DNA of 64,000 nt from Eledone cirrhosa. Taxonomy: Eukaryota. The translations under genes were made by a program, and so were the position numbers. Positions 58,867 through 64,000 of the stretch are shown piece by piece; position 1 is the stretch's first letter; each line of letters begins with the position of its first letter. The notes under the pieces are model-generated. The model ran no database searches. It was not told the origin of the DNA and saw only the letters and a list, made by a program, of their open reading frames with translations. The DNA lies in assembly GCA_964016885.1 (NCBI GenBank), contig OZ024748.1:31868001-31932000 (forward strand). The letters are read 5' to 3'.

Positions 58867-59795
58867 AACAAAGTCAATCTGTAAACGCAGAACTGAATAT
58901 TTCAAAAAACGTTGCAACCGGAGGAAGACAGGAAGACGATACTTTGGTTCGTGGTAACGTTCGCTGGCAAAGAACGGGAAAAAACGAATAATACGTCATT
59001 AATAGGAGCGGTGAAAAACAATTACGCGCAAAGACAAAACCACGTTTATGGTATAAAAGAGGTCGTAGACTAATGTTCTCTTAGGTGGTGCATAGAGACG
59101 TTCTCTGGCAATGAACGAAAAAACGAAGATAATAAGTCATATGTGGAGCGTGGAGAACAATAGCACGCAAAGACAAAACCACGTAAATGGTATAGCAGAA
59201 ATCGTAGACTAAAATTCCAACTAGGAGACCAAATGAATCTCCGCTACAGAGTTAAGAACAAAGTAAATAAATACAATACAGAATTAATAGAAACAAATAA
59301 ATACATACACGCAAACAGATACGTACATACACAAGCATACGCAAAACCTTACCATGGGTATACAAAACCACGCACATATAAATATGTGTGTGTGTGTATG
59401 CTTGTGTACAAATAAATAAATAATTATATAAACGTATATAAGTAAATAAATACGTATATAACAAGCGCACACGCATACCTACATAGAAATACACGAATGT
59501 TCGGAGACGTAAGTCAACTAAAACAAGAAGTACACATATACACACACCCACCATACGTACGAACCAGCACACTCACGCGGACGCAAAACTCCCGTATACA
59601 CATAGCCAAACCCTAAATACCAGAATATGTAAAAATTATACGCTATAACAGTCAAATACACGTACGAGAAGGTATACATACCTTCACAAAACATACGGGT
59701 AATATATACTTACCTATGCAAATAAGTAAAGGAATAAACAAAACATATACTTAGCTCCCACATCAAGACGTAAAATATCCACGCATTTAAATATA

Positions 59796-60401
59796 TCCAA
59801 GCATTTTCCCCCTACACATAAATATAGTAAAATTTTTAATAGAAATACTATTAAAATTTCTTACTCTATGACTCCTAACCTTGCACATAACATCACAGCT
59901 TCAAATTTAGCTAAACTACCTAGCCGTAGGAACACGTGCAACCCTGTAGTTAGTACTAACTGTAATTGTAGGAATCGGGCTGATTGCCCACTATCCGGGA
60001 AATGCTTCTCTAGTAACATTGTCTACAAATGTAAGGTTGTAACACCCACGTCCCGTAGGGCCTACATAGGGTTAACCGCCAACAGTTTCAAGCAGCGTCT
60101 TTACATGCATACCCATTCTTTTCATTACCCTCTAAGAAGGAATATGACGTCACTTTCAGCTTATATCTGGAGTCTAAAAGACAACCACACCCAATATAAG
60201 TTACACTGGGAGATCCTAGCTAGGGCTAGATCGTATAACGGAAATAAAAGACCATGTGACCTCTGCGCCGCTGAGGCCCTGGAAATACTCTACGCTACAG
60301 ACCACATCTTAAACAAAAAATCTGAGGCAATTTCGGCTTGTAAACATAAATTGCACAAAACTTTCCTGTATTACAGCCCCACGTTATACCCTAACGGATA
60401 G
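59796..60401 (+). pseudogene. PLE linker plus uninterrupted GIY-YIG endonuclease frame (RT lost)
   Basis: KHFPPTHKYSKIFNRNT, CNCRNRADCPLSGKC, IVY..YIG, R..H, CDLC..E, N..CKH. Confidence 0.9.
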
Positions 60402-61328
60402 CACGATCTATACGTGGATATTTTACGTCTTGATGTGGTAGCTAAGTATATGTTATGTTTATACCATTACTTATTTGCATAGGTAAGTATATATTACCCG
60501 TATGTTTTGTGAAGGTATGTATACCTTCTCGTACGTGTATTTGACTGTTATAGCGTATAATTTTTACATATTCTGGTATTTAGGGTTTGGCTATGTGTAT
60601 ACGGGAGTTTTGCGTCCGCGTGAGTGTGCTGGTTCGTAGGTATGGTGGGTGTGTGTATATGTGTACTTCTTGTTTTAGTTGACTTACGTCTCCGAACATT
60701 CGTGTATTTCTATGTAGGTATGCGTGTGCGCTTGTTATATACGTATTTATTTACTTATATACGTTTATATAATTATTTATTTATTTGTACACAAGCATAC
60801 ACACACACACATATTTATATGTGCGTGGTTTTGTATACCCATGGTAAGGTTTTGCGTATGCTTGTGTATGTACGTATCTGTTTGCGTGTATGTATTTATT
60901 TGTTTCTATTAATTCTGTTTGTATTTATTTACTTTGTTCTTAACTCTGTAGCGGAGATTCATTTGGTCTCCTAGTTGGAATTTTAGTCTACGATTTCTGC
61001 TATACCATTTACGTGGTTTTGTCTTTGCGTGCTATTGTTCTCCACGCTCCACGTATGACTTATTATCTTCGTTTTTTCGTTCATTGCCAGAGAACGTCTC
61101 TATGCACCACCTAAGAGAACATTAGTCTACGACCTCTTTTATACCATAAACGTGGTTTTGTCTTTTCGTGTAATTGTTTTTCACCGCTCCTATTAATGAC
61201 GTATTATTCGTTTTTTCCCGTTCTTTGCCAGCGAACGTTACCACGAACCAAAGTATCGTCTTCCTGTCTTCCTCCGGTTGCAACGTTTTTTGAAATATCC
61301 AGTTCTGCGTTTACAGATTGACTTTGTT

Positions 61329-61379
61329 AGTTTCAGAAGATCCCGTTAAGGGTGAAAGCAGCGATTCTTTGCTTAAACT
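61329..61379 (+). ncRNA. Hammerhead-like motif (family K), U4A core
   Basis: AGTTT-CAGAAGA-tCCC(gttaa)GGGt-GAAA-GCA(gcgattctt)TGC-TT-AAACT, at the 3' end of a PLE. Confidence 0.72.
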
Positions 61380-61491
61380 TTAATCTGTTATTTTAATAAA
61401 TATACATACATATATATACATATATATACATACATATATATAGATACATACATATATATACATACATACAAACATATACATACATACATAC

Positions 61492-61522
<31 letters not shown>

Positions 61523-62443
61523 CATACATATATATATATATACATACATATATATATATATACATACATATACATATACATACATATATATATACATACA
61601 TATATACATACATATATATATATATACATACATATATACATACATATACATACATACATATATACATATACATACATATATACATACATATAGATATATA
61701 CATACATATACATATATACATACATATATGTTGGCTGCCAATTCGTTTTTGAGTACGGCCACTACTTTATATCCATGTAGGAGAACCCCTACCGATGCGC
61801 TGAACAAGTGTGACTTTTTAGTCTAGCCAGCGACTTGAAAACTCTGGTACAAACACTACACCTGTGACAATTATGGACACATAGTGCTGGGCCCATGGTA
61901 CCATGTGATGACAAGTGCAGAGAGATCTCCAGATACAAAGCAATGGCTGTGCCGTGAAGCTTTTATAGTGAGCAAAGGCACTGCACAAAGCCAGTCCCAC
62001 TCTCTTAACCAAGATGATATTTACCAAAAAGAAGAACAAGCCAACATCATTGGATTCCATCAGTGTTACAGGTGTTATATCAGAGTTTTCCTTCTCCTAG
62101 AATTCTGCCTTGACAAAGGCTAAGGGGTCATCTCTCCCGGTGAATTTGGATGGCCATTGACTCTTAAGAGCTCCTTTGACAGGTTTTGTTTTTAGTCCTG
62201 CAGGATGTCCAAAGTCACCCCCCTCACCAAGAAACCTCGGTGGGGTTGCCAGTTTAGTCGCCAACGACCCGACCAAGAGACAGGTTGTACTGGGATACAT
62301 GTTACCAGTAGCACCAACTGGTGACCTGACATACATATATATATATATACATACATATATACATACATATATACATACATATATATATACATACACATAT
62401 ACATACATATATATATATATCTACATACATATATATATACACA

Positions 62444-62475
<32 letters not shown>

Positions 62476-62514
62476 CATACACATACATATACATACATAC
62501 ATATATATATATAC

Positions 62515-62545
<31 letters not shown>

Positions 62546-62730
62546 CATATATATATATACATATATATATACATATATATACATATATATATACATATAT
62601 ATACATATATATATATATACATATATATATATACATATATATATATACATATATACATACATATATATACATATACACATATACATACATATATACACAT
62701 ACATATATACATATACATACATATATATAT

Positions 62731-62807
<77 letters not shown>

Positions 62808-64000
62808 CATATATATAGTGGCTGCCAACTCGTTTTCGAGTACGGCCACTACTGTATATCCATGTAGGAGAATTCCTACGGATGCGCTGAACGAGTGTGA
62901 CTTTTTAGTCCAGCCAGCGACTTGAAAACTCTGGTACAAACACTACACTTGTGACAATTATTGCTACATAGTGCTGGGCCCATGGTACCATGTGATAACA
63001 AGTGCAGAGAGATCTCCAGATATAAAGTAATACCTGTGCCGTGAAGCTTTTATAGTGAGCAAAGGCACTGCACAAAGCAAGTCCCACTGTCTTTAACAAG
63101 ATGATATTTACCAAAAAGAAGAAAAAGTCAACATCATTGGATACCATCAGAGCTGCAGGTGTTATATCAGAGTTTTCCTTCTCCTAGAATTCTGCCTTGA
63201 CAAAGGCTAAGGGGTCATCTCTCCCGGTGAATTTGGATGGCCATTGACTCTTAAGAGCTCCTTTTCCCCTTGACAGGTTTTGTTTTTAGTCCTGCAGGAT
63301 GTCCAAAGTCACCCTCCTCACCAAGAAACCTTGGTGGGGTTGCCAGTTTAGTCGCCAACAACCCGACCATGAGACAGGTTGTACTTGGATACATGTTACC
63401 AGTAGCACCAACTGGTGACCTGACACACATACATATATATATACATACATATATATATATATACAAACATACATATACATACATATATATATATACATAC
63501 ATATACACATATACAGACATATATATATATACATACATATATACATATACATACATATATATATACATACATACATATATATATACATACATATATATAT
63601 ACATACATACATATATATATACATACATACGCACATATACAGACATATATATATATACATACATATATACATATACATACATATATATATACACATACAT
63701 ACATATATATATATATACATACGCACATATACATACATATACATACATATACACAGATACATACATATATACATACATATATATATATACATACATATAT
63801 ACATACATATATACATATACATACATATACATATATACATACATATATGGTGGCTGCCAACTCGTCTTCGAGTACGGCCACTACTTCATATCCATGTAGG
63901 AGAACCCCTACCGATGCGCTGAACAAGTGTGACTTTTTAGTCCAGCCAGCGACTTGAAAACTCTGGTACAAACACTACACTTGTGACAATTATGGACACA

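Larger units (their letters stand above)
58790..61403. mobile_element. PLE 3' fragment with inverted ~1-kb 3' arms (58790-59783 and 60413-61403) around a GIY-YIG coding spacer
   Basis: Mirror coordinates sum to ~120195. Confidence 0.92.
57871..64000 (-). repeat. ~600-bp element family in microsatellite: 57871-58281 (partial), 61730-62330, 62818-63424, 63849-end
   Basis: Repeated ggtggctgccaactcgttttcgagtacggcc start on +; periods 1088 and 1031 for the last three. Confidence 0.9.

Noticed and set aside
62220-62330. Possible HDV-like ribozyme (CTAA followed by actgg pairing with ccagt)
   Set aside because: Could not build P1, P3/L3 and P1.1 in the required order.

Overview
AT-rich eukaryotic repeat-dense DNA with no recognisable host gene; the SINE, LINE and microsatellite make-up suggests a cephalopod such as Octopus (inference). 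Most listed ORFs are artefacts of (TA)n/(TACA)n tracts. The real content is at least six decayed Penelope-like retroelements (PLEs: RT, CxC linker, C-terminal GIY-YIG), CR1- and RTE-type LINE fragments, SINEs, a non-autonomous Helitron, mini-MITEs and minisatellites. By eye I count about 36 type I hammerhead ribozyme (HHR) motifs in about 15 families. They occur in PLE pseudo-LTRs, in head-to-head inverted pairs, and in non-coding tandem arrays (630-nt and ~425-nt units) resembling circRNA-producing retrozymes. Several families carry repeated non-canonical cores (U3-A8, C4, A4). All structures were read manually; no folding or database search was run.
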